DNA of 64,000 bases from Takakia lepidozioides. Taxonomy: Eukaryota > Plantae > Bryophyta. The notes beneath the pieces were generated by a model. That model made no database searches, was not told the origin of the DNA, and saw nothing but the letters and a program-made list of their open reading frames with translations. Shown here piece by piece: positions 12,821 to 25,030 of this stretch; the first letter of the stretch is position 1, and every line of letters starts with the position of its first letter. The position numbers and the translations under genes are program-made. The DNA is taken from contig CM060733.1 of assembly GCA_030704615.1 (NCBI GenBank), forward strand, positions 4,650,001 to 4,714,000, written 5' to 3'.

Positions 12821-15327
12821 ACGTACATAGGGAACGGTTATCATTAGCAGGCAACGACATCTGCAGAGGGAACGTGTTACTTCAGGGGTGACAGTTAGTT
12901 AGTTAGGCGGTTAAAACAGCTTGCAGGTAGATTAGGCAGAGCAGCAACAGGAAGGGGATCACTTCACGGGGTGCACTTCTTGGTCATGCATGAGAGGAGA
13001 TGGGGCGGAGAGCAAGAACGGGAGCAAGGATGGAGGTGGAGAGATGATCAGGAGATGTTTGTTACATGCAAAGCTGTAGTGATATTATAGAGCACATTAG
13101 AGACACAATAGCTTCGGCTTGATACCTGATAAATCATAATCTGATACTTATTTGATACAATCACACTGTGTAGAGAGACATGAGTAATGCTGTGGAATGA
13201 ATGGATGAGTGAATGGAACCTGGTAGATACTGAAGCAATCTGATGCTTCAGTATACACAATAAGGTAATTTGCTAACATGAAGGCAAGAAGAAATACAAA
13301 TAGGAAGCACAACCATGATTCACTAGCTGTAAGTCATGACTGATTGTTCTGAGCGGGCTGAGTGCTTAGGTCTTGAAGTTTTTTCAAGGTACGAGTGATG
13401 CCCAGGTGCCCAGCAAAGGCAGATGAATGATAGAGCTCAAGCAAGGCTGAAATAGAATCTCTCTTATGAACCTCCACAGCAGTAATCTGACCTTCCAAAG
13501 CAATCGTTTTAAACAGTTTACCTTTCACATGCCTCATGATAGGGAAAGTGATAGTTAACCTGTCTCTAGGTTGCTTTGGTAATGCCTACAAGGTGACTGC
13601 CGGTCAAGCACTTGAGATCTGCTACACACCCTAACACCCATTATAGAAAATTAGCCAGTGTCAAAAGCCATGAGATCCCAAGTGTCCAGCAAGTCAGTTG
13701 GTCTAGGCATCTCATGATCAAGAAGGCTGCAAAATAATAGCTGATCTGCAGCAGAAGTGGAAGCAATCACAGGTGCAGGCATAGCAATCAAATCATCAAG
13801 GGATGAGTAAGGGATGGGAACATTTGTTCCCCTCTGGTCAATGCATCAGCATTGCCATTTTCGTTTCCTTTCTTATAAACAATATCATACTCAAACCCCT
13901 GTAGAAGAAGAGACCAACGAGCCAATCAACCTGATAATTCCCTTGGGGTCTTCAAGGCCTTAAGAGGCAGGTGGTCAGTTTCAACAATAAAATAGCAACC
14001 ATGCAAATACTGACAAAAGTACTTTACACCAAAAAATATTACAACTAACCCTTCCTTGTCTGTAATACTGTAATTGCGTTCATGTTTGTCCAACCTCCTT
14101 GAAGCATAAGCAACAACATGTTTACGACCCTCCTTCTTTTGACTCAAAATTGCTGAGACAGCCAGATCACTGGCATCTGTCTGTAACAAAAATGGAAGAG
14201 AGAAATCAGGAAAAATAAGTATGGGAGCCGTTGTTAAGGCTATCTTCAATCTTTCAAAGGCCAAGGCCTCTGCCTTACCCCACTGGAATTTAACATCTTT
14301 GCATAGCAAGTAAAACAAGGGACCAGCCAGCTTAGCAAAGTATAGAATGAACCGTCTATAGTATGAAGCTAGACCCAAAAGGCTCTTAGATTGTGCTTAT
14401 CCTTGGGAATAGGGAAGTCCCAAATAGATTGGACTTTGGACATATCTGGTTTGATCTCCTCTGCACAAAGAATATGACCCAAGAACTTGAGCTTAGCCAT
14501 GCAAAAGTCACACTTTTTAGCCTTTACCTTCAACCGAGCAGCTCGAAGACGGCTCATTACCCGCTGTAGGTCCAACAAATGAGATTCAAAACTGCCAGAG
14601 TAGATGTTAATATCATCAACATAGACAAGTGCAAACTCCCATCTTAAATTCCCTAAGACTATATCCATGAGTCTCTGAAATGTAGCGGTAGCATTACATA
14701 ATCCAAAAGGCATCGTTTCGTATTGAAACATGCCATACCTGCAAGTAAATGCAGTCTTTTCTTTGGATTCAGGAGTAAGAGGCACTTGCTAGAAGCCTGA
14801 AGCAAGATCAAGAGAGGAGAAAATCGTAGCTCCGTTAAGCTGGTCCAAAGTTTCGTTAATACGAGGCAAGGGATATACATCCTTTTTTGTCATGGCATTT
14901 ATGGAGATACAAATGGTTTAATCACACATGCATCCAGCATCTTAGTAATTTCCTCCTTGATTACCGCTCGTTCCCTGACTGACTCTCTATAAGCATATTG
15001 CTTGATAGGTTCTCCCTTCTGTTAATATCTCGTGTTGGAGAACATCAGTGCAGCCCAGATCATGAGCCCTTTTACTGAAAATTTCCAGATTTCTGCGAAT
15101 TAAGGCATGCAATTGACCTTGTTGATTTTCAGTCAAGTTTCCTGTCTTGATTTCTCCCAATACCTGCTGGAAATGAGCCTCTTGCTCTACTGAAAATGAT
15201 TGGACTTCGGGAGTGGCTGCCACACTAGTGAGAGCCATCAAGTGATCCAGAGGTTCATCAATTAATCCAATGTCTCTAAAGTGCAGGGCAGCATCTACAG
15301 AAGACAGTCCATCAAGGGAGAGAGCAC

Positions 15328-15600
15328 TTAATCTTGCCAAATCTGGCCTTTCTTGATTTTGGCTGGAATTCGTTCAGGATTGGCCACTAGTAGTCGGACC
15401 TCTCCTCTGAAGCCCTTGTCCAACACTCCCGTGGCCACCAAGCAATGCTTTTGCAAAGACAATTTCTTCCAACCTTCTATTTCTAGGTACCTTCCCTTAG
15501 GGCATATAAAAGCAAGACCAGTAGAAATTATAATTTGGGACATGGGAGGTAACTCAACATCAACATCAGCCCTAAGAAGAGTAGAGTTGGTTTCAATAGG
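15328..15600 (-). pseudogene. dUTPase-like domain in gypsy family B Pol
   Basis: LRADVDVELPP...ISTGLAFICPKGRYLEI...VATGVLDKGFRGEVRLLVAN...IKKGQ follows the trimeric dUTPase motif order; motif 2 (RSG) is degenerate. Confidence 0.75.
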
Positions 15601-16268
15601 TATTGGAGCAAGTCTAGACTTTTTGCCCACTGCAAGTATGTGCCATTGATGTAAAACGACAAGCATGATCACTGTCAAAGGCAAAGAACCTTGTCCAATT
15701 ATAATTGTCTCCTGCCCGTTGCCTTACTTCTCGTGCCACGGCCTTCATGCATTCGTGTTCCACTTCCCGCCAATATAGGGATCAAATTTAAATTAACCCT
15801 GTGATCCTTCCCTTCACCATCTTTCAAATGCATGACATTAGTAACCAAATCAATGGAGGCTCCCGCCTCCCTCATCCAATCTAGTCCTAACAATAGTTGC
15901 TCCCCCATGGTGACAATGCCAGTAATAGTAACCTCTTGGAATAGTAACTAAGCCTAAAGGTACATAAGTGGTTCCATCTGCAATAGTAACCTCTATGTTT
16001 TTAGCATGTGACATTTTCAGTCCTAAAATCTGGACAACATGCAAGGGGATGGCTGAGGATCAACAGTACAACCCTTGTCCATGACACATTGAAATGACAA
16101 GTGCACTATATGACATTGAGTCATGAGGGGCTGGATTTTCTCCCTATGCCTTGGTTTCAAGAGCAATTTATGCAATAATTTAAAGTTAGTAGAAACAACC
16201 AAAGTGGCCAATGGGTCAGAAGGCTTACACATATGACCACCCCTCCCTTCCTTCACAAGTGATCTTAC

Positions 16269-19200
16269 AAATTGGAGGACAATGGCAAGGGTAAAAACGT
16301 AAAATCGGGACGCTATCGCTGTAACTGTTCCCCTCCCTTTGGATGTTTCAAACTTGGCTTTCTTGCTTCGCTTCTCGTCTTGAACAAATATTCCTCCTTC
16401 GTTGTTGCGCAGTTTACCTTAAATTGGAGGAGCTCATCCCTTGGAGCACACGAAGATGGGGTGTAGGCCGTGAATTAGAATCCCTGATGTCTCTCAATTT
16501 CCAAGGGCCAAGTCTGAAGAAAGGTGAAGGTGTATCTACAAGGCAACCTGTGTGTGCCACATTAAGTTATCTCGAACTCAGACGTGGACTCCAGCAAAAT
16601 CGAGGGTCAATTTTGAATTTGGTATTCAAAGAGCGCTGGCGGTATAATCTGGAACAGGGAAGGGGATTGCCGTAATCTGGCCAGGAAACTGGAAGGGGCA
16701 GAGGACGTTTCCTCTGCCCCAAACAAACCGAGCAGCTGTATCCATGGTCGCCGGATCTCATTCGCATCTGTAGACTCTTGCCACCCATCTGGCCATCCGG
16801 CCGAGACAGCCAAGAAAGATATTTGGGCATTGATTCTGGAGGCTAAGAAGACGGCGGCTCGCTCATGTAGGATTTCTTCCTCGCCATCACAGGTTGAATC
16901 TAGAACTGGTTATTAACTAACTGTCGTGTTATCAATGATGGAAGAAAAATCCAGAGGGTATGGTTGCAGATTGAGGCGAATTCGTATTAGCGCCATTCAC
17001 AGATCTAAGTCGTTCAAGTAGGTAAATGTTGTGGACACCGGAGAGCGATCGACAAGATTAACGAACTTCAGGTCCATTTGCTGAATGTTGCATTCTCACG
17101 GGATTCTGACGACTTGCACTAGCTGGCACTCAATTTGCAGTAAGTGCATGCTTATCCGTAATGACACTCCAGACTAGTGAGGGGGCAGCAAAAGTTCATG
17201 TAAAGCTCAGTTTCTTATACAGTCAGCCAAGACACATGATTGAATCTCTGTGTTTTTCCACTTAAATAGGGTCATTTCACCAGTCCTTCCTTGACCATGC
17301 CCAATAGCAGGTGGAGCTGAGAAGCCCGATTCCCATGTCTTCTTTGTGGGTTCTCCTCAAGGGGGAAAAAGCACCCTTATTGCCCGCTACATAAACCCTG
17401 ACAAGGTAAGTCTTGAGGGCACTCTTGTTTCCTTCAACGGACTATACTCCTTCCTGCCCTAACTTCCTGATGATTGACTGTCAAAGAGCAGCACAATTTG
17501 TACCATGGCAGGGAACTCATTGGATTATCTGTGTCTCACTGTTATTGTGCTCTCTCTCAGTTGAGTACTCTCGCTGTGGGGCCTTTCTTGCAACTTATAA
17601 AACCTTTTTCTTCTTGCTACCCCTCCACGCTCCCAGATTGGCTCTACTACGCAAAGTATTCATATTTCACATACTCCTGCCCTGACATTGTGACGCAATT
17701 GAAGTCCATAGAACAGCACAATTTGTACTTACTATTTGTACCTTCCATGTCTTATTGGCCTTACATGTCCTTATCTCTGTATCTATTCCTGTAACTGCAC
17801 TTTCTATCTCCAGTTCTGTTGTCTGCTTGCTTGCCTTTGTGACACTGTACAACCACTCATGAGTAACACAATTCCAAAACTCAAAAATGTGCAGGAGGAT
17901 CCAACAAAGCCAACAATAGGATTGGAGTACACATTTGCCGGCCGGACTGTTCCCACTTCAATCGAGCGCAAAGTAAGCCCTCAAAGTTCTTCTGGATGTT
18001 ATTCTTTCCCTACATGAAGCCACCGTCCTTTGTTCAGGTTCTTGTCTATTACAACTTTGAATCTATTAGCTCCAGTTGTATCGGGGTTCACATGGAACGT
18101 TGGGAACACGTAGCTGTGATTCATTCAAGAGTGGGATGGTCCATGGAGACTGAGCTTTATTATTTGACTATGGGAGGTCGGCAGGAGGTTGTTCACATAT
18201 GGGAGCTCTCTGGACCCCCGAGAGCTGCAAGATGAGCTCATGTGCTCAGAGCACCTGCTGCTTCCCATCACAGCACTTCCCACATCAGTTGTTATTATTG
18301 TCCTTGATTTGTCAAAGGTATTTCCATTACCATTTTATCCCAAATCTCAATTATGAGCATTTTCTTCAATTACTTCTGGCTCTTCATCTTTGTCCCTCAT
18401 CACATAAAGATTACCGTGCTAGACAGCCTGCTAAGGGTTGAGACCAACCTCGACTGAACACATAATCGTTTCTTTTACCCCTGTTGCAGCCTTCAGAGGT
18501 GTTTGATACACTTATGTTCTGGTTGCAAAAGCTGCAAGAGAAGACTGAGGCTTTGTATGCCAAGCTTAGAAAGCGAGGCTCCAGAATTCCAGAGCAACTT
18601 GTCACACGGCAGAAGAAGGTTTCTCCATGTTTACTCTGGTCAGGAAAATGTCTGGCTTACTTAGCAGGGAGGTATGTTTGTGACTGTAAAAAGCTTCCCA
18701 CACCACAATCCTCACCATCCTGTTGATTGTCATCATGATGCTCTCCATCATGTCAAGCACCAGCTGTGAAGGTTCTGATTGGGCGAAGTCATGTCTACAG
18801 TAAATGGATACCTATGGCGTATAGGTCCTAGGTGAGAAAGAGGATGTGCCACCATATTTATGTTCCAAGACTGGGTCTATGACCACAAGGCTACAGCAAC
18901 ATCTTATGAGTACATTCTGTTCCAAGACCTTTCCAAAAACTGCCTATACCTAGTATATGTGCTGATACTTGGCTGTTGAAATGTGGCGTGTGGCAACCAT
19001 GTGTACCAGTACGACACTTTCAAGGTCAGTACTGGTTACTTGACCCCACCTCAGATTGCTACTGAAAATTGAAGATCTTGAAGGTGATTTGAAGGACTTG
19101 GATTGTTAACATTGCAATATCTTAATGCAAATAATTCATGCCTTCGGGCGTTTTTTCTCTGTCCCACACAAATACACATATAGACAATTCCCACATAGTA

Positions 19201-19392
19201 GTCACTTTGAAATGGGGTCTGTGTAGTCTGCAATGAAGGATGGTGGAGTAATGAAACAAGGAAGATCCATCCCTATAAGATCAAAATCCTTGATGACTGT
19301 GGGTAGGTTGGTGGAGATGGCTCATGGGGTTGGAAATAGGATGGGGATGCTGAGGTGCGCAAGATAATGGCACGGGCACGGGCACTGCGATA
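16269..19392 (+). pseudogene. DYNC2LI1: Truncated genomic duplicate of DYNC2LI1
   Basis: Exons and introns near-identical to 48282-52040. Start ATG lost (ggaaactggaaggg vs ggaaactgaaatggaaggg); +1 frameshift in the WELSG exon; LFGASHED exon deleted near 18780; breaks off after DGDAEVRKIMAR. Confidence 0.88.
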
Positions 19393-19869
19393 ATGGCACT
19401 GGGCCCTCACAAAGATGATTGGATTTCCATAGAGGACTTAATAAGCCAACGTGTTGGCAACCACGGTACTTGCCATCATCGCCAACGTCTGATTACAACA
19501 GTGTTTCCTTTAAGAAATTTGGAAAACAGCACGAGTGGCTACAGAGTTTTGCATCCACTGAAATTCGTCCACCTCTATACTTTAATCCGTTTATATCATC
19601 CATTTTTGGTAAAATCATCCATAATTTATGTTTTATTTGGAGAAATTTGGAGATTTCATCCATGATAAAACAGGGAATTTGCGACAGAATACTCCATTTT
19701 ATTTTTGAGGCCAAAAACTGGCGAAAATTCGACACTAAGAAAAACGCATGACAGCTTTTTCTCCTGACTGGGATCCATTGCTCAAACAATCACTTAAAGT
19801 AGGTGACTGGATTGGCACATCACATACCATCAATGGCAAAGAGGAGGTGAGATAGATTTTTCAAGTGAA

Positions 19870-20340
19870 ATGGACGGTGGCCTTAGCTCGCAAATATCAC
19901 AAAGGCGGCTACTTCAACCAACAACTTTTGTCTTCTTCCCCTTCCTTAGTTCGTGCATTCTTGTTAAGCTAGTTCCTCAGCAAAGATTTTTTGCCACGAA
20001 TCCTCTGCACACTCCAGACCCACGACACACTATTTGGTTATTTTCTCATGGCTTCATTGATAACCTAGATTGCAGGGATCGAGCTCACTGGTGCTGGAAG
20101 GAGATTGGAGCCACAGGGGCTCAAGATTTTTTTGGCTATACAGCAAAAATTGGTTATACTGTTGTCTTGCTCCACCAGCAACATAGCTCAAGGGCCACTC
20201 AAATCTTACATACAATGGGGTTTGATGCCACAGACCGCTTCTGGACATGGTGCAGAGTTTGGGACAGAGGCAAAGCTAGGAAGGTGTCTATGTTCCTGTG
20301 GCTTGCAATGAATGGAGGGGTTGCTACTGCTGTTTGGTGT
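19870..20340 (+). mobile_element. L1-type LINE C-terminal fragment (zf-RVT region)
   Basis: FWTWCRVWDRGKARKVSMFLWLAMNGGVAT fits the W..iW......KvkxFxW.......T pattern preceding the zf-RVT domain. Confidence 0.6.
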
Positions 20341-20899
20341 TTATTTCGCCCAAAATTGCCATGGTTTTCACACTACACTCTATTCTAGCAAAGTTGTTGC
20401 TCGAATTTGAGAAACAATATTGGGCAACAGATTGCATCGAATTGCGAATTGTTCACTACACATGAGTAGATCAGCCCTTCGAGTCAATTTGTAATTTCAA
20501 CTGACCAGTAGATTGTTTATAAGTATACTCTGTATTTGGTGTCCTGCTTTTGAATGAAAGGGTTCAACTTAAATTACATATGTAAAAGCCACTTTCTTTG
20601 GACATTCGAAAATTTTGTATGCAACGATCGTCGTCAAACTCTATCAACAAGAAAATGGAAAATCACTTCGTTGCTGCGAGGTTTCACCCAATCTCCCAGG
20701 TCAGGGCTGTGAGAAAGTTACAAAACAAAGTGTAGTTGTACAAGAAAAAACTTCATGCTTGCAACAGTTGCCTCTGCACTGAAATCGGGCAAGAAAGGCG
20801 GAGTACATTTCCACTCATTAGTTCCACAAGAAAAACAAGAAAATTTGAGAACAAAATCAATTTTGAAATCCATGCAAGTGATCGAGAAATGTGAACAGA

Positions 20900-22617
20900 G
20901 ATCAGCACGACATTAATGTGCAGAAGAAACGAGCGCAGACAGGGAAGAACACACAGGCAGAGATCCGTAACACAGAAACGCTCGCCAGTCTCATCTTGAT
21001 GTTATATTTTACAATTAAATTGAAACTATATACTATAGTATACAAATATACTATTGAGACTTGAACTCTGTATACGCAGTCATCAGAATCATTCAACCAC
21101 TGTACCATGATCGGTATTGCATTTACAAGTGAACTCTAATAAAACATGCTGTTCATCCTGCTCGCTGTTCATACAGCGTGATATATAGTGCTGAAGCATC
21201 TCAGCACACTATATCAACACCTTTAGTCACAGAGAAACATAACTACAAGCCGTGCAATACTACAAAGTATAAGTTAGAGCATGCTCATCTATAGAGATGC
21301 ACACACCAGCATCTATTTGAGCAAGAACCTGTTGAACTCACGAGTACTATTCCAGACGATCCATTGGACCTGAATACAAAGAGAGCAGGAACTAACCTAT
21401 TTAACTACATGACCATGGCCCAAAGTCAACAACCATGAAGACAAAATAATCTAACTATGGGATAGAAACAAAACAGTTTCGGTGCAAGTTTCGGTGCATG
21501 CAGTTGGTGCCATAAAGCTCCGATACTTAAGGGAGGACTGATCTATCTGTATACTCTAGAATTAGCAAAGCCTGTCTTTAACATAAAGCTAACACCCTCC
21601 CTCAGTCCTCAAACCACCACAACAGCTCTTCTATCTGTTGACAATGTCGCAAACTAATCGGCTAAGGGAAGCTCCGGTTAGAAAATTTCAAAGCAGTTGA
21701 TGCCCTCACTCTTGAATGGTGCACAAGCTGTGAACTCCAAGATCTTTCCTGAACTTCTCAAATTTGATTTTGCCGAGTGGTTTGGTGAGTATGTCTGCAA
21801 TCTGGTCTTGCATTGGAACATGGATGAGGTCAATTTCACCACTCTCGACTTTCTCTCTGATATAGTGTTGATGTACCTCAATGTGCTTTGTCCTGGCATG
21901 AAAAACTAGGTTATTTGCAATCTTTGCACTGCTTTGATTATCACAAAAGAGAGCAGTAGGTCCAACCTCCAAAATGCCCAATTCTTCAGCTAGTCTCCTC
22001 AGCCAAGTAATCTCCTTGGCTCCCTCTGTCAAAGCACGATATTCCGCCTCGGTTGATGATAAAGCAACAGTTGGTTGCTTCTTCGACATCCATGTTATTG
22101 CACTCTCCTCTAATCGAGCCACGTAACCTGATGTGGAGTGCCTCGAATCACTTTCTCTTGCCCAATCTGCATTAGTGAATGCATTTAGAATGCTCTCATC
22201 TCCCTTACGAAAGAATAGTCCGTAGTCCAGTGTTCCTCTTACATACTTCATCACTTGCTTAACTGCATCGAGATGGGCTTGTTGTGGAGCCGACAGGAAC
22301 TTGCTGTATGTGGAGTCAGAAAACATCAAGTCCGGTCTTGTATTCGTTAGGTACACGAGCTTCCCTACCATCCTACGATACACAGCTGGTTCGGTAGCAG
22401 GTGATCCCATATCCAATGACAATTTCAGTCCTTCAATCATAGGCACAGTGGCAGGATTGGCATCCCAAAGACCGAATTCCTCAATCATCTTCTTCGCATA
22501 TGTCCTCTATGTCATCAGTATTCCTCTTTCTAGATGCAATAACTCAGCCGCCAAGTACAAACTAGCAAGTCCCAGATCTGACATTTCAAATGCTTTGTCA
22601 AGTTATTTTACCACTAG
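20900..22617 (-). mobile_element. Ty1/copia 3' fragment: RT end, RNase H, PPT and 3' LTR (outer LTR boundary uncertain)
   Basis: YLTNTRPDL, NADWA, STSGY, SKKQPTVALSSTEAEYRA, RTKHIEV, ADILTKPL; purine tract GAGGGAGGG followed by TGTTAG at 21594 on the minus strand; cut at 22617 by the gypsy insertion. Confidence 0.88.
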
Positions 22618-24464
22618 TGTGAAACTAGCTAGGAAATAGCTAGCTTTTACATATTGACATTTGGGATTGGCCCAAGTGTCAATCCAGGGGTCAAGGCAGA
22701 TTTAGGCCCTGGAGTGGTTATCTTCACGGCAAGCGCGGGAGGCTCATCTTTCTCGAGTTGAGCCTCACCGTGCCTAGCTATGGCGCCGTAGTGTGGATTC
22801 CCCATGGCGTGGGGTGCACTTGGCTTGACTTGTATTTGAGTGATGAGTTTATATATGCATGAGTTTATGCTTCAGCTTTGTGAGCTCGCATGAGCTTGTG
22901 TTTGTATTCTTCTTCTTTATCACTCAAGAAAGATGAGCTTGTATTTGTGAGTGCCAGATACGAGTTAGTTATAGCACTTGTGGTTTTTGCTTGAGAATGA
23001 GAGAAACCAGGTTGTTATGCAAGGAGCACCGTGGAGCTCTTGGTTGTTAGAAGCGGAGGCGATGTGGGTTACGAGGTGGTAGACCTTGGCATTCGATCTT
23101 CAGCTTCAGAGATGAAAGCACCATGCTGCAGGTAATTCCAGAGCACCTTGATGGTTTCAGATTGTGTACATGCATGAGCAAGCACGATTGGGAAGAGGAC
23201 CAGTCAAGAGCAGGTTATAGTGGCTTTGGTGGCAAAGCTAAGAACTGGACTTGGGAATGCGAGCTTTCATTGTGTGAAGGATTGCAAGACCAAGCGAAAG
23301 GGCTGATTTGGCTTGGGGCAAATCAGTGCACTTTGTGGAGTATGTTGAGATTGGGTTTCAATCTTGAGCTTCAGCATTGAGAGGGCTCTTGTCATGGCAA
23401 GAGCAGGGCTAGAACAGGAGCTAAGAGGTGCGGCAAGGCCATGGAATGTGCACCTAGGGTTTCAGAGCTTGGAAGAAGAGCTCTTGCACCACAAGAGGAG
23501 TGTCTTGTGGCTGGAAATGTAAGCCTTAGGGTTTCAGGAGCTTGGCAAAGGCTGTGGAGTGCTTAGTCTTGTCTTAGAGAGCATCAAGGAGCCAAGGAGC
23601 CAAGATAGGGGGCTGATATTACCTCTTGTGTGAAGATGATGCATGTGTGGAGCATGCATGCAGCCCATTGAAGCTTCCATCTTCAAGCTTGGAGGGCAAG
23701 CAAGGAAGAGGGAAGGGCTGACTTCCCTTATGTGAGGGCAATGCATGTGTGGAGCATGCTTTCAGCCTGTTGAAGGCTTGTACTTTCAAGTTTGGGAGTG
23801 CAAGAAAGGAAGGAAGGGGCTGGTTTCCCTGTAGGGCATGTGTGGAGCATGCTTCCAGCCCGCTGAAGCTTGTATTTTCAGGTTGGTGGGTGCAAGAAAT
23901 GAAGCAAATGGGCTGATTCTCTTGTGGTGAGAGTGGGGCATGTGTGGAGGATGCCTTCAGTCCATTGGGCTTTTGTTTTCAAGCTTTAGAGAGCTAGAAT
24001 GGAAGGGCTAGGGCTGGTTCCCACTTGGGTGAAAGAAAAGCACTTGTAGGGCATATCTGAGGTGGGGTTTCAACCTCAAACCTAAATAGAGCATGGCTCT
24101 TGAAGTGGCAGGTATAGGAGGCTGGAATAGGCTCTAAGACAGATGCTATGGCCAAGGAAAGCACTTGAATGAGTGCTCATAAGGGCTGGAAACTAGCAAG
24201 GCTTGGTTGTTTGCCATTGAGTTTAGTGGCGTGTTTGGGGAGTCTAAGTGAGAAAGAAGGCTTGGTTTGTGGCAACCATCTTCCTCATGGCTTAGGGCTA
24301 CTATTGGTGGTGTGTGGGAGCCAAAAGAGCAAGAATACCTTATTGATTTCTTCACAGCCGCCATAGCTCGGTGCAAAGAAGCCTAGAGTCCGAGAGACAC
24401 AAACCCTAGCTTGGCGTGGCCAAACCCCTTAGAGAAATGGCTAAACTGTCATGAGCGGCCATAG

Positions 24465-25030
24465 ATGGGGCTGTGACGGGGTGTGACAGGCTATGAGGGG
24501 CTGTGATGGGCTGTGGCGGGCTGTGACAAGCTGTGTCGGTCTGTGCCCTGTGGCCTGTGGGGCTGTGACAGGCTGTGCCCTGGGCCGGTGGGGCTGTGAG
24601 GGGCTGTGACAGGCTGTGCCCTGGGCCGGTGGGGTTGTGAGGGGCTGTGACAGGTTGTGCCCTGGGGCCTGTGGGGCTGTGATGGGCTGTGACAGGCTGT
24701 GCCTATGGCCTTTGGGGCTGTGATGGGCTGTGACCGGCTGTGAGGGGCTGTGACGGACTTTGACAGGCTGTGAGGGGCTGTGACAGGCTGTAACATGTGG
24801 CCTTTGGGGCTGTGAGGGGCTGTTCCATATGGGCTTTGGGGTTGTGATGGGTTGTGATAGGCGATGACATGTGGCTTTTGGGGCTCTGACGGGCTGTGAC
24901 AGGCTGTGGCCTGTGGGGCTGTGATCTTGTGACATGTGTAGGGCTGTGACAGGCTGTGATCTTTGGGCCTGTGCTGGTCTGTGGTGGCCTGTGTTTACCT
25001 GTGGACGGCCTGTGCTGACTCGTGGAGGCA
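24465..25030. repeat. Degenerate 10-bp tandem repeat (GGCTGTGAnG)n
   Basis: Many ggctgtgac/ggctgtgag units; the SQP/TAxH-rich ORFs here are translations of the repeat. Confidence 0.85.

Larger units (their letters stand above)
11825..16268 (-). mobile_element. Degenerate Ty3/gypsy fragment (family B) with permuted order: protease-dUTPase-RT-RNaseH-partial IN-3' region-gag
   Basis: Protease-like CVMDKG and LLLGLDW; RT (KTAF, MPFGLCNA, YVDD); RNase H (LQTDAS, YASR, TDH); IN zinc finger start (YHSSAFAGHLG); gag from 12674 with a degenerate knuckle YLICKSTDHWTRFC. No LTR termini seen. Confidence 0.9.
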
